From Formosa sp. Hel1_33_131 (GTDB taxonomy: Bacteria; Bacteroidota; Bacteroidia; Flavobacteriales; Flavobacteriaceae), in contig NZ_CP017260.1 of the NCBI RefSeq assembly GCF_001735745.1, positions 570,001-602,000 of the forward strand: a stretch of 32,000 nucleotides of DNA, in the 5' to 3' direction. Positions 1 through 9,800 of the stretch are shown piece after piece (the stretch's first letter is position 1; each line of letters starts with the position of its first letter). Below the pieces are notes generated by a model. That model had not been told where the DNA came from, made no database searches, and worked only from the letters and a program-made list of their open reading frames with translations. A program made the translations under genes and the position numbers.

Positions 1-1
1 A

Positions 2-943
2 CCAGGAAGTGATGCCAACCGCATCAGTAAAGCAACGGCTTTTGCAGGGTCTATTTTGTATAAATTAAAATATAAAAACATCACTATAACGCCTGGATTG
101 CGTTACGAAGATATTGTATTGGGAAGAGACAATTTTGGAACTAGTGACCCTAGCAGAACTGGAGTTGACATTTCTAGTAGAGAAAATAAAGTCGCTATTT
201 TTATTCCTGGCATCGGGTTCAATTATAAATTCAACAATTCGACTTCGGTATTTGGTGGGGTGCATAAAGGCTTTTCGCCTCCTGGAAATACAGTTGGACA
301 AGAATCCGAAGAAAGTATCAATTACGAATTAGGGTCGCGTTTCAACTTCAAAGGATTACGCGGAGAGGTCGTTGGGTTTTACAACGATTACAGCAACTTG
401 TTAGGGAGTGATTTAGCAGCTTCTGGCGGTACTGGGTCGTTAGAGCAATTTAACGCTGGAGAAGTGAGCGTGAAAGGAATTGAATTACTGCTAAATTATG
501 ATCTACTCCAAAAGAATACGTCTTATGCGCTGCCTGTTACTTTCGGCTACACATTCACAGATGCGACCTTTTTAAATAGTTTTGGAAGTGATGACGGTTT
601 GTGGGGTGAAGTTCAAAGTGGTGACGAGTTGCCTTATATCGCCAAGCATCAATTTAACACTTCTATATCTTTAGAGCATGCGAAGTTTGAGTTGAACTTG
701 AGTGGGCGTTTGAATGGTGCTTTTAAAACCGAGGCGAGTGCAGATGCGGTCAACGCTGCTAATGGGATTACTTCTAACTTTATCATCGATTTTGTAGGGA
801 AATACCATGTGACAAAAAGGTTTAGTTTTTCGGCTAAAATTATTAATGTTTTAGACAAAACCTATGCAGTTGCAAAAGTACCTGCTGGCTTACGCCCTGG
901 ACATCCTTTTGGGATCTACGGAGGCCTGGACTTTAGATTCTAA
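2..943 (+). CDS. TonB-dependent outer-membrane receptor, C-terminal beta-barrel portion (5' end outside the window)
   Basis: The frame is open from nt 2, with no stop before the Met at 56 listed in the ORF track, so the gene enters from the left edge. It has an alternating-hydrophobic beta-strand pattern and G/N/S/T/Y-rich loops. It ends ...GIYGGLDFRF with a terminal Phe, typical of TonB-dependent receptor barrels. Confidence 0.7.
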   Translation, partial: PGSDANRISKATAFAGSILYKLKYKNITITPGLRYEDIVLGRDNFGTSDPSRTGVDISSRENKVAIFIPGIGFNYKFNNSTSVFGGVHKGFSPPGNTVGQESEESINYELGSRFNFKGLRGEVVGFYNDYSNLLGSDLAASGGTGSLEQFNAGEVSVKGIELLLNYDLLQKNTSYALPVTFGYTFTDATFLNSFGSDDGLWGEVQSGDELPYIAKHQFNTSISLEHAKFELNLSGRLNGAFKTEASADAVNAANGITSNFIIDFVGKYHVTKRFSFSAKIINVLDKTYAVAKVPAGLRPGHPFGIYGGLDFRF

Positions 944-973
944 ACTAAAAGAATTAAAAACCTCAAAAAAGCT

Positions 974-1056
974 GTCTAAAAAAAGTAGTAAATCTGTCAT
1001 TCTGAACCTACCTGACGGTAGTCAGGTTTAGATTGACAAAGCAAACCTTTTTAGAC
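974..1056. terminator. Composite palindromic element between convergent genes (possible bidirectional terminator)
   Basis: The outer 9-bp arms are GTCTAAAAA (974-982) and TTTTTAGAC (1048-1056). The inner hairpin at 1001-1032 is TCTGAACC[TACC]TGAC-GGTA-GTCAGGTTTAGA. It lies between the stops of the receptor gene (943) and the lyase gene (1067). No clean U-tract follows directly, so terminator function is uncertain. Confidence 0.3.
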
Positions 1057-1066
1057 ACCTCTATTG

Positions 1067-1933
1067 TTAATGGTAAACAGAGAAAATTTTTGTGGCTTCG
1101 TTATAGGCACTTTCAAAACTAAGGGCATTCAAATTGGTTAGTGCTTTTTGAGCTGTGAAATAAGAGAGTAATTTTTCTGTTGGCATGTTACCTGTCAGAT
1201 CGTCTTTGGCCATCGGGCAGCCTCCAAACCCTTGAATCGCGCCATCAAATCGTAAACACCCAGCCTTATAAGCAGCATCTACTTTGGAATGCCAATGCAG
1301 AGGGTTCGTATGCAAGTGCGCCCCAAATTCGATATGGGGATAGGCGGGAATTAAATTTGAAAATAAATAGGAAATACTCTCAGGATTTGAACTGCCAATG
1401 GTATCACTTAAGGACAGTATTTCGACGCCCATTTTATGCAAGCGCTCCGTCCACTTAGAAACGATGTCAACATTCCAAGGATCACCATAGGGGTTTCCAA
1501 AAGCCATGGAGATGTACACCACAACGCGTTTATTGTTGGCTTGTGCAATTTCTAAAATCTCTTGGAGGGTTTCAATAGATTGCGCTATTGTTTTATGCGT
1601 GTTTCGCATTTGGAAATTTTCAGAGATTGAAAACGGATAGCCTAAAAAATCAATTTCTTTATGGGAGGCGGCAGCTAATGCGCCTCTACTGTTCGCTACA
1701 ATGGCGAGCAATTTACTTGTGGTTGTACTTAGGTCTAACTGGGACAATACCTCTGCCGTGTCAGCCATTTGAGGGATGGCTTTAGGCGATACAAAACTTC
1801 CAAAGTCAATGGTGTCAAAACCTACGCGCAACAACGATTGAAGGTACTGAACTTTTTGGGCGGTGGGTATAAACGCCTTGATGCCTTGCATGGCATCTCG
1901 TGGGCATTCAATTATTTTTAGTGGTGGTTGCAT
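1067..1933 (-). CDS. Hydroxymethylglutaryl-CoA lyase (HMGL-like TIM-barrel family)
   Basis: 288 aa. The N-terminal IIECPRDAMQG...FIPT..K is the typical HMG-CoA lyase start. It also has metal-ligand-type HLHTNP and the later CLRFDGAIQGFGGCP motif. Confidence 0.85.
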   Translation of the reverse strand: MQPPLKIIECPRDAMQGIKAFIPTAQKVQYLQSLLRVGFDTIDFGSFVSPKAIPQMADTAEVLSQLDLSTTTSKLLAIVANSRGALAAASHKEIDFLGYPFSISENFQMRNTHKTIAQSIETLQEILEIAQANNKRVVVYISMAFGNPYGDPWNVDIVSKWTERLHKMGVEILSLSDTIGSSNPESISYLFSNLIPAYPHIEFGAHLHTNPLHWHSKVDAAYKAGCLRFDGAIQGFGGCPMAKDDLTGNMPTEKLLSYFTAQKALTNLNALSFESAYNEATKIFSVYH

Positions 1934-2082
1934 CCAATTGATTCAGACTCTAAAATTACTATTATTTTTTGAAACGAGCACGCTAAAATTATGATCACCC
2001 ATGGGAATGACTAATAGCGATCAGCATGTGACCTTTTAAAAATTATAGATAAAGACACATGAAATAAAGCAATGGATTGAAA

Positions 2083-2787
2083 CTAAGTCCTAATTCTCCT
2101 AGACTGTGCTGTTTTATGATCAATGATAATCCGGCTTAAATCCTTCAGTACTTTAAAGGTGCGTTCTAAGCCATATTTAGAAACGCCGTAAATTCGGGGA
2201 TGGTGAATGATGGGAACTTCTTTGATCCGTGCGCCATTGATGTGCGCATTGAGTGCCATGAACCGATGCAGTTCGCCATGAAGCGGAAGTTCTTTGGCGG
2301 TTTTGGAAGTCATGACTTTCAAAGCACAGCCTGAATCTCTAATTTGTAGTTGGGTGGTGAGTCGGATTATAAAATTTGCAATTTTAGAGGGCATTGTTTT
2401 AAGGAAGGGGTCTTGACGGTTTTGACGAAAACCGATGACCATGTCCCAGCCTTCATTTTGAATAAGTTCTAGCATTTTCGGAATGTCCGAAGGATCGTTT
2501 TGAAGATCGCCATCCATGGTGGCAATATACTGTCCACGTGCTTTTTTAATTCCTGCTGCAAGTGCTGAACTCTGGCCTTTATGGTGCTCAAAGGCAATCA
2601 GACTGGTATGTGGGTTTGTATCTGATTTTATGATTTCACAAGAGGCATCTGATGAGAAATCGTCTATAAAAATAAGTTCGTAACTGTAAGCTGACAGTTC
2701 CTTTTCAATAGAAGCAATCAATAATTTAATAGTGTCTTCTTCATTAAACACAGGAATGACGATAGATAACAACGGAGGTGACTGCAT
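2083..2787 (-). CDS. Family 2 glycosyltransferase, Dpm1/ArnC/GtrB-like (polyprenol-phosphate sugar synthase type)
   Basis: 234 aa. It has the N-terminal LSIVIPVFNEE motif and the DGDLQNDP (DxDLQxxP) signature of the polyprenyl-phosphate glycosyltransferase branch of GT2. No obvious TM helices. Confidence 0.8.
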   Translation of the reverse strand: MQSPPLLSIVIPVFNEEDTIKLLIASIEKELSAYSYELIFIDDFSSDASCEIIKSDTNPHTSLIAFEHHKGQSSALAAGIKKARGQYIATMDGDLQNDPSDIPKMLELIQNEGWDMVIGFRQNRQDPFLKTMPSKIANFIIRLTTQLQIRDSGCALKVMTSKTAKELPLHGELHRFMALNAHINGARIKEVPIIHHPRIYGVSKYGLERTFKVLKDLSRIIIDHKTAQSRRIRT

Positions 2788-2903
2788 TACTTAATAAGAT
2801 TTAATATCCAAATGTATCGGTAAACCGAACGACAAGATTACTACATATATTGCAATCCGTAGCCAGAATCAGAAAAAAAGTATTTCATTAAAATTAAGAA
2901 TGC

Positions 2904-3872
2904 TTAATAATCAGGACATCCAAAACACTTGTAGTTGTTTAGGAAATCATAGGAAATTGAGAGTTCATAGACACCGCCTGTTTGTCCAATATCCGTCATG
3001 TTAAAATCATAAGAGTATCCAAACACAAAACCTTCCCAGTCCATCCCTACAAACGCATTAACAGATGTTAAGAGGTGACTGTTTGGATCTACTTTGTTAG
3101 GGTTGGTGGCTGCTAACAACGCAAACGAGAAACGATCCAGTTCATATTTGGCACCTAAATCTAACCGACTGTAAGTTCCTTGTTGCATGGCATTTGCCAA
3201 TACAAATAGTTTATTCTCATTTCTATAACTCCCCGTAGGAATATAGAGTGATCCATGCAAAGACATAAACATCTCCAAGCTTTCTTGACCGTCAAAACTC
3301 ATTGAGATGTTCGGTTGATTCAAATGCTTTAGCGTCAACCCTACCCAAGAATTTTCATTATTGAAAAGCACAGAGGCACTAAAATCTATAAATCGAATCG
3401 ATTCTTGTAAATTAATAGGATCAATAGAATTGGCATTAATTATACCACTAAACACATTGATCTGATCTTCTAATAATAAATTTTGAAAGCCAAAATCTTT
3501 AGCTCCATACCCTGCGGAGATACTCGGTCTTACATTCCACTCATCTGAGATCGCAAATTGATAGGCATAGTTTAAATTTACTTGCGTAAAATTATAGCGC
3601 GTGGTGGTTTCTTGATGGTTCAATACACTAATTCCAATACCACTACTAACTTCTTCAAACCAGTTATCTACAAAAGCAAATTGGGTATTGATACTAAAAT
3701 TCAAACCTGCCCATTGCGTACGGTGAATAATCCCCGCTCTAGTGGATTGTTTCCCGCCTGTAAAGCTAGAACTTATTGTTTCGGGAATCATAAAAAACTG
3801 CGTGTGTATGGGATCTTGGGCGTAGCCTTTGAAACACACTAAAACGGTTAGTATTACAATATATTTTTTCAT
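2904..3872 (-). CDS. PorP/SprF-family type IX secretion outer-membrane protein
   Basis: 322 aa with a signal peptide ending ...GYAQ, followed directly by DPIHTQFF. RTQWAGL, GIGISVLNHQE and NLNYAYQF match the PorP/SprF pattern (QDPxFSQ..., RxQWxG, GxGxxxxxD, YAY). It starts 9 nt after the stop of the giant type-B-CTD gene, which is the sprB-sprF arrangement. Confidence 0.85.
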   Translation of the reverse strand: MKKYIVILTVLVCFKGYAQDPIHTQFFMIPETISSSFTGGKQSTRAGIIHRTQWAGLNFSINTQFAFVDNWFEEVSSGIGISVLNHQETTTRYNFTQVNLNYAYQFAISDEWNVRPSISAGYGAKDFGFQNLLLEDQINVFSGIINANSIDPINLQESIRFIDFSASVLFNNENSWVGLTLKHLNQPNISMSFDGQESLEMFMSLHGSLYIPTGSYRNENKLFVLANAMQQGTYSRLDLGAKYELDRFSFALLAATNPNKVDPNSHLLTSVNAFVGMDWEGFVFGYSYDFNMTDIGQTGGVYELSISYDFLNNYKCFGCPDY

Positions 3873-3881
3873 CTTAAAATC

Positions 3882-6800
3882 TTATTTAATTAAGGTTACT
3901 GGTCCATTCATCTCTAGCAGTATGCCGTTGAATGTATTTGCAATGACGACCATGATATAGTTTCCATTTTCAACTGGGTTTCCATCGATGGTGCCATCCC
4001 ATCCTGTAATGGTATCGCCTTCTTCGACATAGAGTTTGGAGCCCCAAGTATCATAGATACTCATTTGGACATTGGTCATACAGCTAAACACTGGACGCAT
4101 GGTATCATTTATACCATCGTTATTGGGTGTAAATGCGGTTGGCAATACGATTTCATAACCTTTGGTGACTCTGATGGTTTCTGTGTACGTATCAAAACAA
4201 CCATAGACGTCTTCTACTGTGAGATCGATTGTGTAAATACCTAGTTGATCATATACATGTGTTGGAGCATCTACACCGCTTAATGGTGCAGAACCGTCGC
4301 CAAAGTTCCATGTGAAATTAACGATATCTCCTGTAGATGTATTTTGGAAATTTACTGGATCATCAATTGCAAAGATCCCACAGAAATCACTGTTGAGAGA
4401 ATTCAGAGTAAAGTCTGCAATTCCAAATTCAAAGAATGTAATCGGATCTAAAACAAATGGTATTGGAGGACAGCCATTGGCGATTCCATGTTGATCGTTT
4501 ACAAAAGCCGTGTATATTCCACCAACAGTGGTTGACATGACTACTTGCGTTGCTGGATCCCATACGCCGCCTGACCATGTGATCTCATAAGGAGGTACGC
4601 CCCCACTTACAAAGATAACATTGGTTTGGGTTGCGGTATCCGTCGCACAATCAATTGCTAAGGTATCTGTAAAGAATGCTGTAATTTCTGGTGGTCGTGT
4701 AAGAATCACATCTGGAACTGGCACAAATAATGGACAGCCATTGATATCGGTGACATCCAATGGATACGTGCCTTCTGTAAGTCCACTTAAACACCATTGT
4801 CCGCCGCCATTATCAACCCATCCAGCGCCTACAGGGAATGGATTTGTTCCACCTGTGATAGTGATACAAATAGACCCATTATCAAACGCCCATGCTGGGA
4901 CTGTATCACAATTGGGTTGTATGATGACTGTGTCAATTATTTCAATAGGATCTGGCTGGCCAATCGTGATTGCGATCGGGCCAAATTCACAATTTTCTTC
5001 ATCTAAAACATTGTAAAAATAAGTACCCTCAAATTCATTGAACTGTACTGCAACTCCTGTGGTGGTGATTTGACTGCTCATAAAATTATTGGCAGCATCA
5101 AATAGTGAAACGGTTAAAATACCCGTTCCACCTGTAGGTGTAATCACCAGTGAGCCTCTATCTTCAAAACAAAGCGCATCGTTGACAATTTCAGTAGCTA
5201 ATACTTGCGCTGGCTCTGCAACAACTGTTGCATCTTGTTGCGAACAACCGTTGGAATCAGACACTACAAATACTGCTGGTCCACTTAAGACATCCACAAA
5301 GCCTGTGCCGAAATAAGGAGGTACACCTCCTGTGGCAGTGACTTCGTAAGTTGCCAATCCACCAAAACATAGAATAGGATCTACTAAAGTAGCAGTCACT
5401 ATTAAAGGAGTTGGTTCGGTCAGTGTATATGTTTGAACGATGAGATTCGGACAGTTTGGATCTTCAACGGTCAGTGTATAATCGCCTGCAAGCAAGTTAT
5501 CAAATAAGATGTTGGCTGGTGCAGTTATCAATACTCCATCAAATAAAACAGCTCCGGCATTGTTTTCAAAACTGTAGTTGTACATGCCTGAACCGCCTGA
5601 TAAATCAACGGATACAAAACCGCTATTTGCGGTTGCACAATCGATATTAAATCCATTAAAATCTGAAAGTGTTGACGTTAAAGAAACAGGTGTGTTTAGC
5701 TGTTCGATTAGAATCGTGTTAGAGACAAACAGACATCCATTGCCATCTAGTACTTTCAACACATAGTTTCCCTCACAAGCATTGAATAACTCGAGTGGAT
5801 TGGTTGAATTGGTAAGAGGTCCTGCATCAAATATTCCTGAATTTGGAATTGTTTCTGTATAATATTCAATCAATGTATAAGGCAAGGTTCCCCCTGTAAT
5901 ACTCATTTCAATATACCCATCACAAGGTGGGACATCGACATTATTACATGAAATATCAACACGTCTTTCAAGTGTGAAATCGACCGGTGTTGGTGGCTCC
6001 ACTAGGTATTGAAATATGTAAGTACAGTTTGAACCATCTGTAATTGCTAATTCATAGGTACCAGGACAGAGGTCAACTAAATCTTCCGCTGTTGGATCTG
6101 CGATCGGATTGCCTTCCAAAGACGTCCAATTGTACGAGAATGGTAAGATTCCTACTGGACTAATATCGATCGTCGCTTCACAAAGTGCGCTAAAACTACA
6201 AGCGATATTGGTGACTACCTCATTAATTTCTGGTGAGGGCGACAGTGTAACCGTCACTGTAAACGGATCTCCGATACACACTGGGGTCGTTAGATCTGCT
6301 ACTTTATAATATATAGGTGTAATGGTATAAACCAATGTTTGCAAATCCGTAGTTGGATTTTCTAAAACACCTGTCTCAAAAAATGCTTCATCAATTCCAT
6401 CAGAACCGCCTGTGACTCCTCCCGTAACCGTTGGTAAAGCCCAAGTATATAAGGTCACATCTGGAATAATAGTTGTCGCATCAGGTGTTACTCCATTTTC
6501 AGGACTCAATATATAAGAGGTCGCATCACATATCTGTACAAACACATCTGGAACAAAGGGTCTTGGCTCTATGGTAATGACCGCATCAAATGATGGCCCA
6601 ACACATCCATCTGCTTCAGGAGTGATGGTATAGGTGATTTGCTGAATTGTATTAGAGGTGTTTATCAAGGTTTGCGTGATATCATCAACCGCAGTTATTT
6701 GATCACTCCAACCCGTTAAATCTGGATTTGGTACTGACACTACCCAAGTATATTGCGTTCCTATTGGAACAATCATTGCTGGGGTAGGGACTCCATCTTG

Positions 6801-9800
6801 TGGAGAAATTACAAATGGACTGCCACTACATTGGGTGTCTTGAGTTGCTGTACCTTCAACAATAAATGGGCGTGGCTTCACATCTACAGATACTTGGAAT
6901 GTTAATCCTGCACATCCAATAGAGAGTGGTGTCACGGTATATTCTATTGTTTGAGTTACTGAGCTTGTATTTGTTAAGGTTTGACTGATGTCTGTTTGTG
7001 GAACGGCTTCATCGCTTTCCCCATCTACATCTGGATTGTCAAGCACTGTCCATGTATAAGTAGTTCCTATTGGCACTACAGTATTCGCGTTTGGAATGCC
7101 TGTGGTTGGCGATACAACAAACGTATCTTCACTACAAATCGGATCTACAACAACATCTTCAATTGTAGGACTTGGGCTTAAGGTAATTTCTACTTCAAAT
7201 GGAAGCCCGATACAAGTTCCTGAACTTGGTGTCACTGTATAGGTAATGATTCTTACCTCATCCGATCCGTTAATCAGTGTTTGACTGATTGGAGCCGTTG
7301 GCACTGTCACATCGCTAAAGCCTGTTACAAAAGCATTATCCGCCGCTGGAACAACGGTCCATGTATATAATGTATTCGTTGGTACAATTTCAAGAGGTGC
7401 CGCATCTACGGGTGTGACTGTAAACGTTTCACCACTACAAATACCATCTTGTTTATCTGAAATTATTGGACGCGGTTCTACGGTCACTGTAAGTTCAAAC
7501 GTTGGTCCATCACATCCTAAATCAGACACTGGTGTGATTGTGTACACTACATCTTGAGGGATATTGGTCTCGTTAACCAAGGTTTGACTGATATTGGTTT
7601 GTGGAAGAATTTCATCCGCTTCCCCAGTAACGTCATCATTTGCAAGGACTGTCCATATATAAGTTGAATTTGCAGGAACAATCGTTGCGATTGTTGGATC
7701 GCCGTTCGTTGGATTGATGTCAAAAGTATCTTCACTACAAATCGTATCGACCGTATCGAAAATTTCTGGCGTTGGGTTGACAGTAATCGTAAACTGTTGC
7801 GTGTCTCCAGCACATCCATTAAAAAATGGTGTCAGTGTGTAAACCAAATCTTCTGCAAGGTTGGAAGCATTAAAAATTGTTTCTCCCAAAATTGGGTCTG
7901 TAAATACTATAGGCCCAGCATTTGTGGTAAAGCCAGTTAGATTTGACCCTGCAGAAGTGACTTCCCATTCGTAGGTCAATGACCCTAATGGTGTGGTTGG
8001 CGATGTAATGAATACATCTGCAAAATCACCTCTACTACAAATTATCTGGTTTGGTATGGCATCAATTGTAGTGGTTGGATTCACGGTAATTGTATACGTA
8101 AAATCAGCCCCTGGACAAGCCGATGGATCATTGGTGGTTGCTGTTGCTGTAAACACCAAGTCAATAGGCACATTTAATGTATTGTCCAATGTATAGGCTG
8201 GAATTTCATCCGTTCCTGCTAAAACATCTACCCCTAATAATCCTAGTGGAACGAACGTTGTCCATTGAATGTCCACATTCGGAGATGCAGATGTAAGCGT
8301 TACCGCTACTGAGGTTTCTAAGTCACACAATTCTTGATCCAATTCATCGAATATGATTCCTGGACTTGGATTGATTGTGATATCAAAAGTTAAAGGCAAT
8401 CCGTCACAGCCGTCTGATAATGGTTGGACTGAATATGTAAGTGTAAATGGGTCTGCCGTTGTATTCGTAAGTGTTAAGGCTGGAAAGAAATCTCCCATAC
8501 CTGTCACATTTGCAAGATAGCCTGCGATACCAGCAGGTACTAAAGTTGGGTTCAACAGCTCATATTGATAGGTTGTTGCTGTTCCTAGAACACTCGAATT
8601 GAAATCGACCTGAGAAAATAAATCACCACTACACGCTGTTTGAACAGGGATTGAAACAGTCACTTCAGGATTTGGTTTGACTGTGACGACAATGTCAAAA
8701 GGGACTCCTACACAAACACCGCTCATTGGAATGACGGTATAAGTGATATTCTCAGGAATATTTAATGGGTTCGTATTTGTGAGTGTTTGGCTTATTGAAT
8801 TTTCACCTACAGTAACATCAGATGCTCCCGTAATATTTGTATTGGCTGAAACAGTCCAAGTATAAGTTGTATTGTCAGGTACAATTTCTGTTGGCTCATC
8901 ATTTAGTGGCGTGACCGTAAAGGCTTCACCACTACAAATATCCGCTGTCGTATCTAAAATAAAAGGTACTGAATCTACAGTCACCGTCAGAGTGAATTCG
9001 TCTCCAACACATCCTAAATCCGATGTTGGTGTGATCGTATAGACCACTAATTGTGGGGTATTTGTTTGGTTTATAAGTGTCTGATCTAAGGAAGCAAGAC
9101 CTGTATTATCAGCAGACTGTCCTAAAACATCTGGATTCGCTGCAACTGTCCAAGTATAGGTGGTGTTGGCTGGAACACTGTCTGAACCTGCCGATCCATC
9201 TCCGGTAGCACTGTAGCTAAACGGAATTTCTGAACAGACAGTCAGCGTTGTATCAGCAATCGTTGGTGTTGGATCAACGGTTACTGTAATGATAAATGCA
9301 TCTCCAATACAGTCCCCAATAGCTGTAGAAATTGGCGTCACTGTATAAAAAACTTGTTGGGTTGTATTTGTTGTATTTTGTAGTGTTTGTGATATTGAAG
9401 TTGCTGGAACCAAATTATTTGAAGCACCAGTAATAAAAGTGGATCCGAAAACCGTCCAAGTATATTCTGTGGTGGTTGGCACAATATCGGTTGCGTTTAT
9501 ACCGCCACCATTTGTTGGGGATTCATTAAAATTCGCTTCAGAACAAATGATTACTTGTACATCATCAATTACAGGTATTTCGCCTACATTCACCAATGCA
9601 CATTCTGAAGGTATTGGATCACATCCGCCATCGGCAAAAGTCAACACTACAAAATAATTGATTGAACCTACTGCTGTACTTAGCGGAGTAAAAGTGTTTG
9701 CGGTGGCTCCGAGTATTGGATTGCTTAAATCGGTGTTATCACAAGTCAAGCTTGAATACCACTGGTAGGTTGGAACACCAACTCCATTTATATGGTCTAC

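Noticed and set aside
1180-1785. Antisense or overlapping ORFs inside well-supported genes: 1180-1458 and 1588-1785 in the lyase gene, 22256-22552 in the redoxin gene, several of 65-89 aa in trpE/trpD/trpB/trpA, and 3582-3842 in the PorP/SprF gene.
   Set aside because: All are shorter than, and fully embedded in, genes with clear family motifs. They have no recognisable motifs of their own and have biased, low-complexity composition.
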